From: an uncultured Clostridia bacterium | GTDB lineage: Bacteria; Bacillota; Clostridia; Oscillospirales; CAG-272 | Assembly (NCBI GenBank): GCA_944381115.1 | Contig: CALWJV010000016.1 | Location: forward strand, 67,307 to 131,306 | Length of the DNA: 64,000 bases | Direction of reading: 5' to 3' | Part shown: one piece after another, positions 1-9,839 of the stretch | How the letters are laid out: every line of letters starts with the position of its first letter | How positions within the stretch are numbered: position 1 is the stretch's first letter | Program-made: the position numbers and the translations under genes | The notes under the pieces: generated by a model | The model's database searches: none | What the model was told of the DNA's origin: nothing | Seen by the model: only the letters and a program-made list of their open reading frames with translations

Positions 1-12
1 AAAGGAAAAAGC

Positions 13-1689
13 ATGCATCAGGCACTTTACCGCAAATGGCGTCCCAAAATTTTTGACGACGTATACGGTCAGGAACACATAACATCAGTGCTTCGTTATG
101 AAGTCCAAAACAATCGGTACAGTCACGCATATCTTTTTTGCGGTTCAAGAGGAACCGGAAAAACAACCTGTGCAAAATTGCTTGCAAAGGCAGTCAATTG
201 TCTTGCACCCGTCAACGGGAATCCGTGCGGAGTATGCGAAGCATGCAAAGCAATAGAAAATGAAACCACATCTGATGTTGTGGAAATGGACGCGGCATCC
301 AACACCGGGGTTGATTATATACGTGATATCCGCGATTCGGTAATGTACGCGCCGTCAATGCTGAAAAACCGTGTCTATATTATAGACGAGGTACACATGC
401 TGTCACAAAGCGCATTCAATGCACTCCTTAAAACTCTTGAAGAACCGCCTTCAGAAGTTATATTCATACTTGCAACGACTGAACAGCAAAAAATACCAAC
501 CACAATTCTTTCAAGATGTCAAAAATTTGAATTCAGAAGAATACTTTCCGATGTTATTGCAGACAGGCTTATGTACATTTCGGAAAAAGAAAACATAAAA
601 ATAACCCGAGATGCCGCAAAACTTATTGCAAAAATGTCACAAGGAGGTATGCGTGACGCGATCAGTCTTTTGGAATTATCTGCAGGACAAGGTAAAGAAA
701 TCACTGCCGAGTCTGTAAGGGCAATAACCGGGTCGGCGGGACGTGAGCAATTAACGGAAATTGCCAATGCCGTTCTTGAAAAAGATGCCGACAGACTTTT
801 TAAAGTTATAAATGAAATAGTATCTGCTTCAAAAGAACTTACCGTATTTTGGCAAGAACTTATAGATTTTTACCGCGACTTATTGGTTTTCAAGACCACA
901 AGATCACCGAAAAAATATATTGATCTTACGCCGGATGAAGAGCAGGCAATTAAAGATATTTCTTCAAAATACGCTCTTCCGCAACTTCTCCGCCATTGCA
1001 CATTACTTGAAGAGGCATTCATCTTAATGCAAAAAGCAGGAGCATCAAAGAGACTTAACGCAGAAATAACATTGCTTAAAATGAGAGATGAGCGACTTGA
1101 CACTTACCCGGAGGGGCTTACTGCAAGAATTTCCGCTATTGAAGAAAAACTTGCTTCCGTTTTAACCAACGGCAGTATTACAACAGGTATTTCTGCCGGC
1201 AACCCCGTTAACATTTCAAAAAAAAATGACAAAGGGCTTAACGATAAAAAGAAAGATGTTGACAAGTCTTCAGATTTTGTCAATACATCTAATGATGTTA
1301 AAATAAAAACCGAAGAAATTATGTATAAAAAGTCAGTTATTCCGGAAAAAATCCCTGAAATCAAGTCAAATCCTTACACAAGACCAAACATACGGCAAGG
1401 TTTAAAGCCGGCAACATGGTGGATAGAAGCGATTAAAAAGATAGGCGAAAAAGACCCGTCCATGGCACCGCTTATGAAGTTTTCAAAGGCATACGAAAAT
1501 GAAGGAAAGATCCTGATACGTGTTGAAGGAAGTCTTGCAATGCTGATGCTCAACACTCCTGAAATGAAGAGTATACTGTCATCCCTGACTCCAAGTATAG
1601 CCGACAAAACTTACTCCCCGGAGCAATTTGAATTCACGGAAGTCACCCCTGATCCAAAGGATTCTCCTTTAGATGATTTTGAAGGCTGA
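13..1689 (+). CDS. dnaX: DNA polymerase III subunit gamma/tau
   Basis: 558-aa ORF with AAA+ clamp-loader signatures: Walker A GSRGTGKTT, Walker B IIDEVHML, Zn module CGVCEAC, SRC motif LSRCQKF. Followed by ybaB-recR as in most bacteria. Confidence 0.95.
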   Translation: MHQALYRKWRPKIFDDVYGQEHITSVLRYEVQNNRYSHAYLFCGSRGTGKTTCAKLLAKAVNCLAPVNGNPCGVCEACKAIENETTSDVVEMDAASNTGVDYIRDIRDSVMYAPSMLKNRVYIIDEVHMLSQSAFNALLKTLEEPPSEVIFILATTEQQKIPTTILSRCQKFEFRRILSDVIADRLMYISEKENIKITRDAAKLIAKMSQGGMRDAISLLELSAGQGKEITAESVRAITGSAGREQLTEIANAVLEKDADRLFKVINEIVSASKELTVFWQELIDFYRDLLVFKTTRSPKKYIDLTPDEEQAIKDISSKYALPQLLRHCTLLEEAFILMQKAGASKRLNAEITLLKMRDERLDTYPEGLTARISAIEEKLASVLTNGSITTGISAGNPVNISKKNDKGLNDKKKDVDKSSDFVNTSNDVKIKTEEIMYKKSVIPEKIPEIKSNPYTRPNIRQGLKPATWWIEAIKKIGEKDPSMAPLMKFSKAYENEGKILIRVEGSLAMLMLNTPEMKSILSSLTPSIADKTYSPEQFEFTEVTPDPKDSPLDDFEG

Positions 1690-1738
1690 ACAACAATACG
1701 ATCCGAAAAATAATTTTACCGAAAAGTGAGGTTTTACA

Positions 1739-2104
1739 ATGAAAGCAAGAATACCGAAAGAATACTCCGCAGGACCGTCCAATATGCAAGGCATGCTGAA
1801 GCAGGCACAAAAAATGCAGGAACAGATGGCAGAGGTACAAGCAGAACTTGAAGCCAAAGAATACGAAATTAAAGCAGGCGGAGGCGCCGTAACCGTTAAA
1901 ATAAACGGAAAAAAAGAAATTCTGGCTCTTGACATTCAGTCCGAAATCGTGGATCCGGACGATATTGAGACTTTATCCGATATAATTATAGCCGGTGTAA
2001 ATGAGGCAATAAAAACAGTCGAAAATGATGCAAATACCGAAATGGCCAAGATTACAGGCAGTATGGGAGGGATAGGCAACGGCATGATGCCGGGCCTGTT
2101 CTAA
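1739..2104 (+). CDS. ybaB: YbaB/EbfC family nucleoid-associated protein
   Basis: 121-aa ORF with the typical N-terminus (NMQGMLKQAQKMQEQM). Sits in the conserved position between dnaX and recR. Confidence 0.9.
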   Translation: MKARIPKEYSAGPSNMQGMLKQAQKMQEQMAEVQAELEAKEYEIKAGGGAVTVKINGKKEILALDIQSEIVDPDDIETLSDIIIAGVNEAIKTVENDANTEMAKITGSMGGIGNGMMPGLF

Positions 2105-2108
2105 TAAT

Positions 2109-2708
2109 ATGAACGAATTCATTCTTCCTCTTGAGAAAATGGTAGAAGCCTTTCGCCGTTTACCCGGAGTAGGCAGAAAGAGCGCTGAACGTATGGCATT
2201 CGGTATACTCGGAATGAGCGAAGCGGAGACAAAAGACTTTCTTTACGCCATAAGTAACGGTAAAGAAAGCATACGTCCGTGTGCATGCTGCGGAAATATT
2301 TCCGAAACCGATCTTTGTCCGATTTGTGCCGACGAAAGCAGGGATAAAAAAACAGTCTGCGTTGTGGAGGATTCAAAAGCAGTCCTCACTTTTGAAAAAA
2401 TCAAAGAATTCAAAGGTGTTTATCATGTTCTCGGCGGCGTTATAAATCCAAGGAACGGCATAGGTCCGGATGATATAAATATTGCCTCTCTCATTGACCG
2501 GATACAAAAAGATGGTGTAAGTGAGGTAATGATAGCCACCAACGCAACGGTTGAAGGCGAAGCAACAGCAATGTATATAAGCAGAGTCATAAAACCGACA
2601 GGTGTAAAGATAACGAGACTGGCTTATGGTATTCCCGTAGGCGCCGACCTTGAATATGCTGATAAACTCACCTTACTTCGTGCAATTGAGGGTAGAAGAG
2701 AGTTTTAA
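2109..2708 (+). CDS. recR: recombination protein RecR
   Basis: 199 aa. N-terminal HhH region, C4 zinc finger (CACCGN...CPIC), Toprim-like C-terminal half (VCVVED...). dnaX-ybaB-recR synteny. Confidence 0.95.
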   Translation: MNEFILPLEKMVEAFRRLPGVGRKSAERMAFGILGMSEAETKDFLYAISNGKESIRPCACCGNISETDLCPICADESRDKKTVCVVEDSKAVLTFEKIKEFKGVYHVLGGVINPRNGIGPDDINIASLIDRIQKDGVSEVMIATNATVEGEATAMYISRVIKPTGVKITRLAYGIPVGADLEYADKLTLLRAIEGRREF

Positions 2709-2885
2709 TAGAAAAGATCTAAGTCCCTGATAATTTTAACTTATTTGAAGCCCCCGTTTTTAACGGACACTTAAACAGATCTGACATTTTAACACATATG
2801 TGATTCCGTATCTAAATGATTTCCGGAATTAAAAATCCGTAAAAATCAGCATGACCGGGCTTTCATAACTGAAAAGGAAAAACAA

Positions 2886-5273
2886 ATGCAAAAAGAAAGA
2901 TTTACAGCCGTAAAACGCCAACTTTTTGAACGGCTGTTTGATAATTTAAACGAAAAACAGAGAGAAGCGGTCTTTACCGTAAACGGTCCTCTTTTAATAC
3001 TCGCCGGAGCCGGCAGCGGTAAAACAACCGTTCTTGTAAACCGCATCGGTTATATGATAAGATACGGTAATGCATATGCTTCAGACAAGGTTCCGGAATC
3101 CCTTACTGACACTGAACTTTCCGGACTTGAAAACGTACTTTCTCACCCGGAACTTTCAAAGGACCAACTTGAAACATTGCTTGACAGATATGCAGTGAAT
3201 AAAGTAAATCCCTGGAATATTTTAAGTATTACTTTTACAAATAAAGCAGCAAATGAAATGAAAGCCCGTCTTGAAAAGAAGGTTGGCGATGATGCCTCAA
3301 AAATCTGGGCGGGGACGTTTCACTCAATTTGCGTACGTATTCTCAGAATGTACGGAAAAAAGGTAGGATACTCCGAAGGATTTACAATATATGACACAGA
3401 CGATCAAAAAAAACTCATGCTTTCAGTAATTAAAGACACAAATACTGATGAAAAAATGTTTCAGCCTAAAGCGGTGCTTAATTTTATAAGTACTGCCAAG
3501 GACAAACTTATGACTCCGGAAGACTGTTCAAAACAGGCGTCTGATTTCCGAGAAAGCAAAATGGCAGAGCTTTATAAAGAGTACCAAAAGCGTCTGCGTT
3601 CGTCAAACGCTCTTGACTTCGATGATATAATAATGCAAACCGTCCGTCTTTTACAGACAGACGAAGAGGCTCTTTCATACTGCCAAAACAGATTTAAATA
3701 TGTTTGTGTTGACGAGTACCAAGACACCAATCATGCACAGTTTGTGCTTACATATTTAATTTCAGGAAAGTACGGAAATATTATGGTAGTCGGAGACGAT
3801 GACCAAAGCATATACCGTTTCAGAGGCGCGGACATAGAAAACATACTTAATTTTGATAAAGAAATGAAAAACGCAAAGGTCGTGAAACTTGAACAAAATT
3901 ACCGCTCAACCAAAGCAATTCTCGACACCGCAAATGCAATTATTTCACACAATTCAACTCGACATGATAAATCCCTTTGGACAAGAAAAAAAGACGGTTC
4001 CCCTGTAACTCTCAGATGTCTTGAAACACAAAACAGCGAAGCAAAGTATATTGTTGACAAGGTACTGGAACTAAAAAAAGAAGGATATTCATTAAACGAT
4101 TTTGCAGTTCTGTACAGACTCAATGCTCTTTCAAACAGTATTGAAAGTATGTTTGCAAGAAGCGGTATTCCATACCGTGTTTTAGGCGGCCTTCGATTTT
4201 ACGAAAGAAAAGAAATAAAAGACATTTTGGCGTACCTTTGTGTCATAAACAACCCTTCTGATAACATCAGGTTGCAAAGGATCATAAATGAACCAAAGCG
4301 TAAGATAGGTGCGTCCACAATAACGGCCATATCAGACCTTGCGTCGGTTTATAACGAATCAATGTTCGGAATTATTCAAAACGTACATAACTATCCTGTT
4401 CTATCAAAAGCAGCACCAAAACTAACTGAATTTGCAATGCTTATACTCGGGCTTCGTGATATTGCAAGATCAGAACCTCTAGATGTACTGATTGACAAGG
4501 TCCTCGATCTTTCGGGTTACCGGGCAATGCTCAAAGAAGAAGCGGAAGAATCGGGTGAAGCAAGACTTGAAAACGTAAATGAACTTATTTCAAACGCCGT
4601 TGAGTTTATGGCAACAAGAGAGGACAATTCTCTGAATGCATTTCTTGAAGAAATTGCTCTTGTAGCAGATATAGACAATTACGACCCGAATGCCGAAGCG
4701 GTTGTACTTATGACAGTACACAGTGCAAAAGGACTTGAGTTTCCCGTAGTATTCCTGCCAGCCCTTGAAGAAAGTATTTTCCCTTCTCAACAATCATTTT
4801 TAAATGATTCCGAACTTGAAGAGGAAAGAAGGCTCGCATATGTTGCAGTAACACGTGCAAAGGAAAAACTTTTTCTTACCTACACTCACGAAAGACTTCT
4901 TTACGGTAAAACGCAGTATAACAGGCCTTCAAGATTTCTTTCTGAAATTCCAGAAGGTCTTCTTGACACAGAAGTACCAGAAATACCTCAGAAAAAAACA
5001 ATCACACAAAACATATTCCATACAGAAAAGAAAAAACCTAAGATTTCGGATGAAATATACAAAAAACCGTCAGTTTACAAAAGCACCGCCGAAAGATCTG
5101 CAACGACAGAACGATTTGTACCGGGAGATATGGTACACCATTCAGTGTTCGGAAGCGGGATGGTAATTTCTGCAAAACCGGTAGGTCCGGATATTCTTTA
5201 CGAAATATCTTTTGATAATGCAGGAACAAAGAAAATGATGGGTACCTTCGCAAAGATAAAGCGTTTAAATTAA
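2886..5273 (+). CDS. pcrA: ATP-dependent DNA helicase PcrA/UvrD family
   Basis: 795 aa. SF1 helicase motifs AGAGSGKTT, DEYQDTN, QNYRST, VMTVHSAKGLEF, YVAVTRAK. C-terminal Tudor-like tail. Confidence 0.9.
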   Translation: MQKERFTAVKRQLFERLFDNLNEKQREAVFTVNGPLLILAGAGSGKTTVLVNRIGYMIRYGNAYASDKVPESLTDTELSGLENVLSHPELSKDQLETLLDRYAVNKVNPWNILSITFTNKAANEMKARLEKKVGDDASKIWAGTFHSICVRILRMYGKKVGYSEGFTIYDTDDQKKLMLSVIKDTNTDEKMFQPKAVLNFISTAKDKLMTPEDCSKQASDFRESKMAELYKEYQKRLRSSNALDFDDIIMQTVRLLQTDEEALSYCQNRFKYVCVDEYQDTNHAQFVLTYLISGKYGNIMVVGDDDQSIYRFRGADIENILNFDKEMKNAKVVKLEQNYRSTKAILDTANAIISHNSTRHDKSLWTRKKDGSPVTLRCLETQNSEAKYIVDKVLELKKEGYSLNDFAVLYRLNALSNSIESMFARSGIPYRVLGGLRFYERKEIKDILAYLCVINNPSDNIRLQRIINEPKRKIGASTITAISDLASVYNESMFGIIQNVHNYPVLSKAAPKLTEFAMLILGLRDIARSEPLDVLIDKVLDLSGYRAMLKEEAEESGEARLENVNELISNAVEFMATREDNSLNAFLEEIALVADIDNYDPNAEAVVLMTVHSAKGLEFPVVFLPALEESIFPSQQSFLNDSELEEERRLAYVAVTRAKEKLFLTYTHERLLYGKTQYNRPSRFLSEIPEGLLDTEVPEIPQKKTITQNIFHTEKKKPKISDEIYKKPSVYKSTAERSATTERFVPGDMVHHSVFGSGMVISAKPVGPDILYEISFDNAGTKKMMGTFAKIKRLN

Positions 5274-5313
5274 ATCGGATAGATTTTAAATAAGTTTATT
5301 TTTGATTTAACTA

Positions 5314-5342
5314 TTGACAAACATATAAAAAAGTGCTATTAT
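5314..5342 (+). promoter_or_regulatory. sigma-A type promoter (TTGACA, 17-nt spacer, TGcTATTAT)
   Basis: Exact TTGACA at 5314-5319, 17-nt spacer, TATTAT at 5337-5342 preceded by TGc (extended -10). About 100 nt upstream of the oxidoreductase ATG. Confidence 0.6.
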
Positions 5343-5442
5343 ATCAATAATAAATTATGGTCTGTATTTTAAAATATACGCGTAAATACCGGCCGGACAT
5401 TGGAAAAGATATGACAAGCGGCAGAACGGAGATTAAACTAAT

Positions 5443-6486
5443 ATGAAAAAGAATGTTACGATAATAGGATTCGGCGGTCAGGGTGGCTGGCACGCAAATC
5501 ATGCAATTAACAGCGATGTTGTATCGTTACTTGGTATATATGATATTGATGAAAAAAAATCAGAACTTGCCCGCTCAAAGGGTATACATTCATATTCTTC
5601 CCTTGAAGAGGCAATAAACGATTCAAAATGTGATATAGTTGTTGTTGCAACACCCAACGACTGCCATAAAGAGATCGTCATAAAAGCCCTTGAAGCGGGT
5701 AAAAATGTTATATGCGAAAAACCTGTCGAAATGAGCGTTAAAGCGCTTGACGAGATGATAGATGCCGCAAAAAAAAGCGGAAAACTTTTTACCGTTCATC
5801 AGAACAGACGATGGGATGTTGACTTTCTTGCAATGAAAAAAATTATAGAAGATGGTGACATCGGAGAAGTCATCCGTATTGAATCCAGAATTCACGGATC
5901 AAGAGGCATTCCTTCCGATTGGCGCTGCCATAAGCAATTCGGCGGAGGCATGATTCTTGACTGGGGAGTTCATCTTATTGACCAGATGCTTCTGCTTATA
6001 CCGGAAAAAATAAAAAAGATATATTGTGATATAACAAATATTACTACTGATGAAGTTGACGACGGATTTCGCCTGAATCTCTACTTTGAAAGCGGAAAAA
6101 CAGCCCTTGTTGAAGTAGGTACATATAATTTTATCGCTATGCCGAGATTCTACATGCAGTGTAAAAGCGGAAGCGCAAAGATTGAAGACTGGAGACAAAA
6201 TGCGCAGGTAGCAAAATGCCTTGCATGGCATGAAAGCGATGTATTGCCCGTTCAAACGGCCGCTGGTATAACCAAAACTATGGCGCCAAGGGATGAGATA
6301 ACACTCAAAACATACGAAATTGACCGTCCGGTATCAGATGTACATGACTTTTACCGCAACTTTGTAAATGCAATTGACGGAAAAGAAATTCAACTTATAA
6401 CCCACGATCAGATGAGAAGAGATCTTGCAGTGATGGAAGCCTGCTTTAAATCTGCCGAACTCGGCTCGCCGGTATATTTTGAATAA
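5443..6486 (+). CDS. Gfo/Idh/MocA family NAD(P)-dependent oxidoreductase
   Basis: 347 aa. N-terminal Rossmann motif IIGFGGQG, family EKP motif (VICEKPV). Has its own promoter and terminator. Confidence 0.8.
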   Translation: MKKNVTIIGFGGQGGWHANHAINSDVVSLLGIYDIDEKKSELARSKGIHSYSSLEEAINDSKCDIVVVATPNDCHKEIVIKALEAGKNVICEKPVEMSVKALDEMIDAAKKSGKLFTVHQNRRWDVDFLAMKKIIEDGDIGEVIRIESRIHGSRGIPSDWRCHKQFGGGMILDWGVHLIDQMLLLIPEKIKKIYCDITNITTDEVDDGFRLNLYFESGKTALVEVGTYNFIAMPRFYMQCKSGSAKIEDWRQNAQVAKCLAWHESDVLPVQTAAGITKTMAPRDEITLKTYEIDRPVSDVHDFYRNFVNAIDGKEIQLITHDQMRRDLAVMEACFKSAELGSPVYFE

Positions 6487-6566
6487 CTTGCAGATTCCGT
6501 AAATTTATAATATATGCCATAAAAGAGTTATAAAGATATTCCCGCTTTATAAATTAAAATTCAAAA

Positions 6567-6597
6567 CAGCAGGCCCATCGGCTTGCTGTTTGTTGTT
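6567..6597 (+). terminator. rho-independent terminator
   Basis: 9-bp stem cagcaggcc/ggcttgctg (one G-U pair), loop catc, followed by the T-rich tract tttgttgtt. Confidence 0.65.
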
Positions 6598-6647
6598 GCA
6601 ACCGGAGTTTTCTATTTATTTCCTATTATTTTCTGACATTAAATATA

Positions 6648-6676
6648 TTGACAAAAAAAAGAAAAAATGTTATAAT
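6648..6676 (+). promoter_or_regulatory. sigma-A type promoter (TTGACA, 17-nt spacer, TGtTATAAT)
   Basis: TTGACA at 6648-6653, 17-nt spacer, extended -10 TGtTATAAT ending at 6676. About 90 nt upstream of the 934-aa ORF. Confidence 0.65.
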
Positions 6677-6687
6677 GCAAATTGAAT

Positions 6688-6714
6688 ACATTAATAATAA
6701 ATAATTATTAATGT
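6688..6714 (+). promoter_or_regulatory. perfect 11-5-11 inverted repeat (operator-like) just downstream of the -10 box
   Basis: acattaataat-aaata-attattaatgt. The arms are exact reverse complements. Lies at roughly +5 to +32 relative to the predicted transcription start. Confidence 0.45.
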
Positions 6715-6768
6715 GAAAAATTAAATATGTTAAACTAATGTAAGCGCATTATCTTTTGGAGGAAAGAT

Positions 6769-9573
6769 ATGAATTTTGAAACCCTTTTTCTATCTGTATT
6801 TTTTGTATTTTTGCTCGTAACTTTACTGTTTTCATTGATCAGAGGAAGTAAAAAATCTTTTTTCAGAATGTTAACCGTGGTATTTTCAGCGGTTTTCGCT
6901 TTTTTACTTACAGTAACATTTAAAAACATTGCAATAAATATTACAATGTCAGAGATATTAGACAACCTTATTTCCGAAGACGCAATTGAAGAGATATTAT
7001 ACTCTTCTCCGATAATAAAACAGGTGGTATCCAAGACCGTTGCCGGACTTTTTGCTCCAATTCTCTTTTTAGCATTGTTTTTAATATTTTCAATTATTAC
7101 ATATGTACTTTATTTTATAATAACCCTTTTGTTCAGAAAATATTTCACCGGAAAAAAGGGTGGCTCTACAAAAAGTTCGATAAAGTTGATCTTTGCTGCT
7201 TTATACGGATTTATACAGTGCGTTGTTGTTTCTGCATCATTCGTTATTCTTATAGTGAGTTACACAAATATCGTTCCGGAGATTTCACCGAAAATAGAAT
7301 GTTCAACATCTGTTAAACCAGAACAAAAAGATATGATTATGTCTATAAGCGAAAATATAGAAGATGCAAATAATACTTTTTTTGTATCAACGTATAAAAA
7401 TTTCGGACTTAACTTTGCTTCAAACTCACTGACCGGATACAGCATAAACTATAACGGCAAGAAAATCAATGTCAATATGTCAGATGAAATATCTTTAATT
7501 GCCGATCTTGTTATTTCATTTATGGACCTCAAAGCGGAACCTATACGGGACTACGGTGAACAAGAAGCCGCTCTCATAAAAAAAATCGGCCAAAGTTTTA
7601 CAAAATCAGAGATTCTTTCTATCACGGGAACGGAACTTCTCCATCAAGCAACTGAAAAATGGAAATACGGAGATTCTTTTTTAAACATCAAAAAACCATA
7701 CCTCGGAGATGAACTTGATCCTCTGCTCACCAAACTCATTGATGTATTTTACGAAAGTACAAAATCGACTGAAACATTTAATGAAGATATAATTACTACG
7801 ACAGATCTTATAGCGATCTTTGCGAAGAATGGTATCCTATCTTCTGCGAACTCTGCACAAACAAACAACCTTTTTGACTCGTTTGCAAGCGATGGAGTAA
7901 TAACAGAGATAACAGTTACCTTGAACAAAAATCCCAGAATGAAGGTACTAATACCCGAGATAACAAATATTGGTCTCAAGATCCTTGCAAATTCGCTCGG
8001 AATTTCATCAAACACCGCAGAGATCTATAACGAGGTTCTAACGAATATAGCGAATTATATAACAAATACAAAAAATGAAACAGATACGGAAAAGAGAGTC
8101 GATGAATTAAAACCGGTCCTTAAAACCGAGTTTGAAAACATAGGCATAAGTATAGAACCGGAATATATCGATTTGCTTGCTGAAGGATTAATAAATGACT
8201 TCGGAGATTTTGAAGGCGAAATAACTCCCGAGTTTATAGCAGAATTTTTTGACATTTACAACAACATGACAGAAACTGCCGGCTCAGAAAACAGCGGCGA
8301 TATAGATTTGCCTTTAGTTTCTTCCGGTGTTGCAAGTACTGACGGTAATAACTGCACCGAAAACGAAATCAAATCAAAATTACCGGTAAATTTCACCAAT
8401 GCCGCAAATAATAAAAAAATTTATACCTATCCAAAATATGCCGAAAATGCTCTTATATTATCTACCGGAGCCGCACAGGCGGCAAAGGGCAGTCTTGCAT
8501 TGATCAATAATGCCTCTTCGGACAAAATTGAATCGTTCAAAAATTCAAGCAAATATATAGGAGGTATGCGTTCATATTTAACAGCAGTAATAAATCGTAC
8601 CACTACCGAAGAATTTTTATTCTCTGCTGATTGTGTAATTAACGACCCACAGGCAGAAGGTCTTGCACTTGAAACCATGGTAAAAGAAGTCGCGTCTATA
8701 ATAAATTCTCTTAAAACGTCCGATGCCAACGGTCTTAACACTATAAAAAAAGCATCTCAAAGTTTCGGAAAAGCGCTTGACAGCCTTGCAAAAACAGAAA
8801 TGTACGGGATGTTAAAAACTTCGAAACTTTTTACCGCCATAATTCAATCCAAAACGCTCGTAGATGCAACAAATATATCGATCCCGGAAACGATAAAAAT
8901 ATCCAAAAAGCAATTTGAAAACGCAGGATCGGTTTCGTTTGTTTCTCTTATGAACGTGTTCGTCAGCACGGTAGATGTAATGAATTCAATGCAGAACAAC
9001 AACATCTCTACGGATCAAATAGAAGATCTTATAGGAAACCTTACCCCGGAAAACACGGATATAATTCAAGAAGTTATAACTACTGACCGTATGGAACAGA
9101 TCGGCATTCCAAAAGATAAGGCAGAGACATCCACCGAACTTATCAGCGATCTGTTTAAAAATCTCGGAAAGATAGAGGACCCAGATACATACGCTGATGA
9201 AGCAAAGGCAGTCGAAAACATAATAAATCTCGGAATTGCAGCAAAAAATAACAATTCCCAAGGCGGAGAACAAAACAAACATTTGTTCTCAAAAAACGAA
9301 GAGGAAGGATCTCTCGGCTGTTCAGCAGATGATATGGTAAATAACATAATGTCCAGCACCGCAGTATGCGAAACGGTACTTTCCACAGCAATGGATAAAG
9401 AAACAGTCGACCCGTTCGGAGTTTCTGAAAATATAAGCAAAGAAGACGCTGACGCAATAAAAGATGCCTGCGACAACTATGTTTTTCAAAACGCAGACAA
9501 ATCACCTGAGGAATTTGAGAAAATCAATAATACACTTGATGCAATCAACAAACTTCTTGGTATTACGGATTGA
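6769..9573 (+). CDS. large hypothetical membrane protein with CvpA-like N-terminal region
   Basis: 934-aa ORF with a strong SD (tggaggaaagatATG). The first ~170 aa contain 4-5 hydrophobic helices and resemble the CvpA/colicin-V-production family by eye (LIRGSKKSFFRMLTVVFSAVFAFLL). The remaining ~760 aa are acidic and Asn/Ser/Thr-rich with no motif I recognise. Confidence 0.7.
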   Translation: MNFETLFLSVFFVFLLVTLLFSLIRGSKKSFFRMLTVVFSAVFAFLLTVTFKNIAINITMSEILDNLISEDAIEEILYSSPIIKQVVSKTVAGLFAPILFLALFLIFSIITYVLYFIITLLFRKYFTGKKGGSTKSSIKLIFAALYGFIQCVVVSASFVILIVSYTNIVPEISPKIECSTSVKPEQKDMIMSISENIEDANNTFFVSTYKNFGLNFASNSLTGYSINYNGKKINVNMSDEISLIADLVISFMDLKAEPIRDYGEQEAALIKKIGQSFTKSEILSITGTELLHQATEKWKYGDSFLNIKKPYLGDELDPLLTKLIDVFYESTKSTETFNEDIITTTDLIAIFAKNGILSSANSAQTNNLFDSFASDGVITEITVTLNKNPRMKVLIPEITNIGLKILANSLGISSNTAEIYNEVLTNIANYITNTKNETDTEKRVDELKPVLKTEFENIGISIEPEYIDLLAEGLINDFGDFEGEITPEFIAEFFDIYNNMTETAGSENSGDIDLPLVSSGVASTDGNNCTENEIKSKLPVNFTNAANNKKIYTYPKYAENALILSTGAAQAAKGSLALINNASSDKIESFKNSSKYIGGMRSYLTAVINRTTTEEFLFSADCVINDPQAEGLALETMVKEVASIINSLKTSDANGLNTIKKASQSFGKALDSLAKTEMYGMLKTSKLFTAIIQSKTLVDATNISIPETIKISKKQFENAGSVSFVSLMNVFVSTVDVMNSMQNNNISTDQIEDLIGNLTPENTDIIQEVITTDRMEQIGIPKDKAETSTELISDLFKNLGKIEDPDTYADEAKAVENIINLGIAAKNNNSQGGEQNKHLFSKNEEEGSLGCSADDMVNNIMSSTAVCETVLSTAMDKETVDPFGVSENISKEDADAIKDACDNYVFQNADKSPEEFEKINNTLDAINKLLGITD

Positions 9574-9672
9574 AATCCCCCGATTTTGCCGTAATAAGTT
9601 ATTTCCATCTTTAAATTAATCCGACAGTACAAAACCATAAGTAAAAATTTGCAAATAAACATAAACTAATAC

Positions 9673-9709
9673 CGGGTATGTTCTTAAAAGAATATACCCG
9701 ATGCTTTTT
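9673..9709 (+). terminator. probable rho-independent terminator
   Basis: Stem cgggtat/atacccg with a 14-nt loop, followed by atgcttttt. Lies inside the spurious N-terminal extension of the next ORF-track entry. Confidence 0.4.
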
Positions 9710-9839
9710 AAACGGATTAAAAACACGTATACCAGTCTGTTTCCATAAAAATACGTTTATAGGACGTAAACACCGAACTGTTTTTAATATTAGTACTTTT
9801 GAAATACCATGCTGTTTACATAAACAACGGAGAAATCAT

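Noticed and set aside
4855-5166. 103-aa Lys/Arg-rich ORF in an alternative frame within the 3' end of pcrA.
   Set aside because: It overlaps a well-supported CDS on the same strand, has no SD, and its composition reflects an A-rich alternative frame.
9678-9839. N-terminal 54-codon extension of the radical SAM ORF in the ORF track.
   Set aside because: It overlaps the terminator hairpin of the upstream gene and encodes a Cys/His/Phe-rich sequence that does not look like protein. The ATG at 9840 begins a typical family N-terminus.
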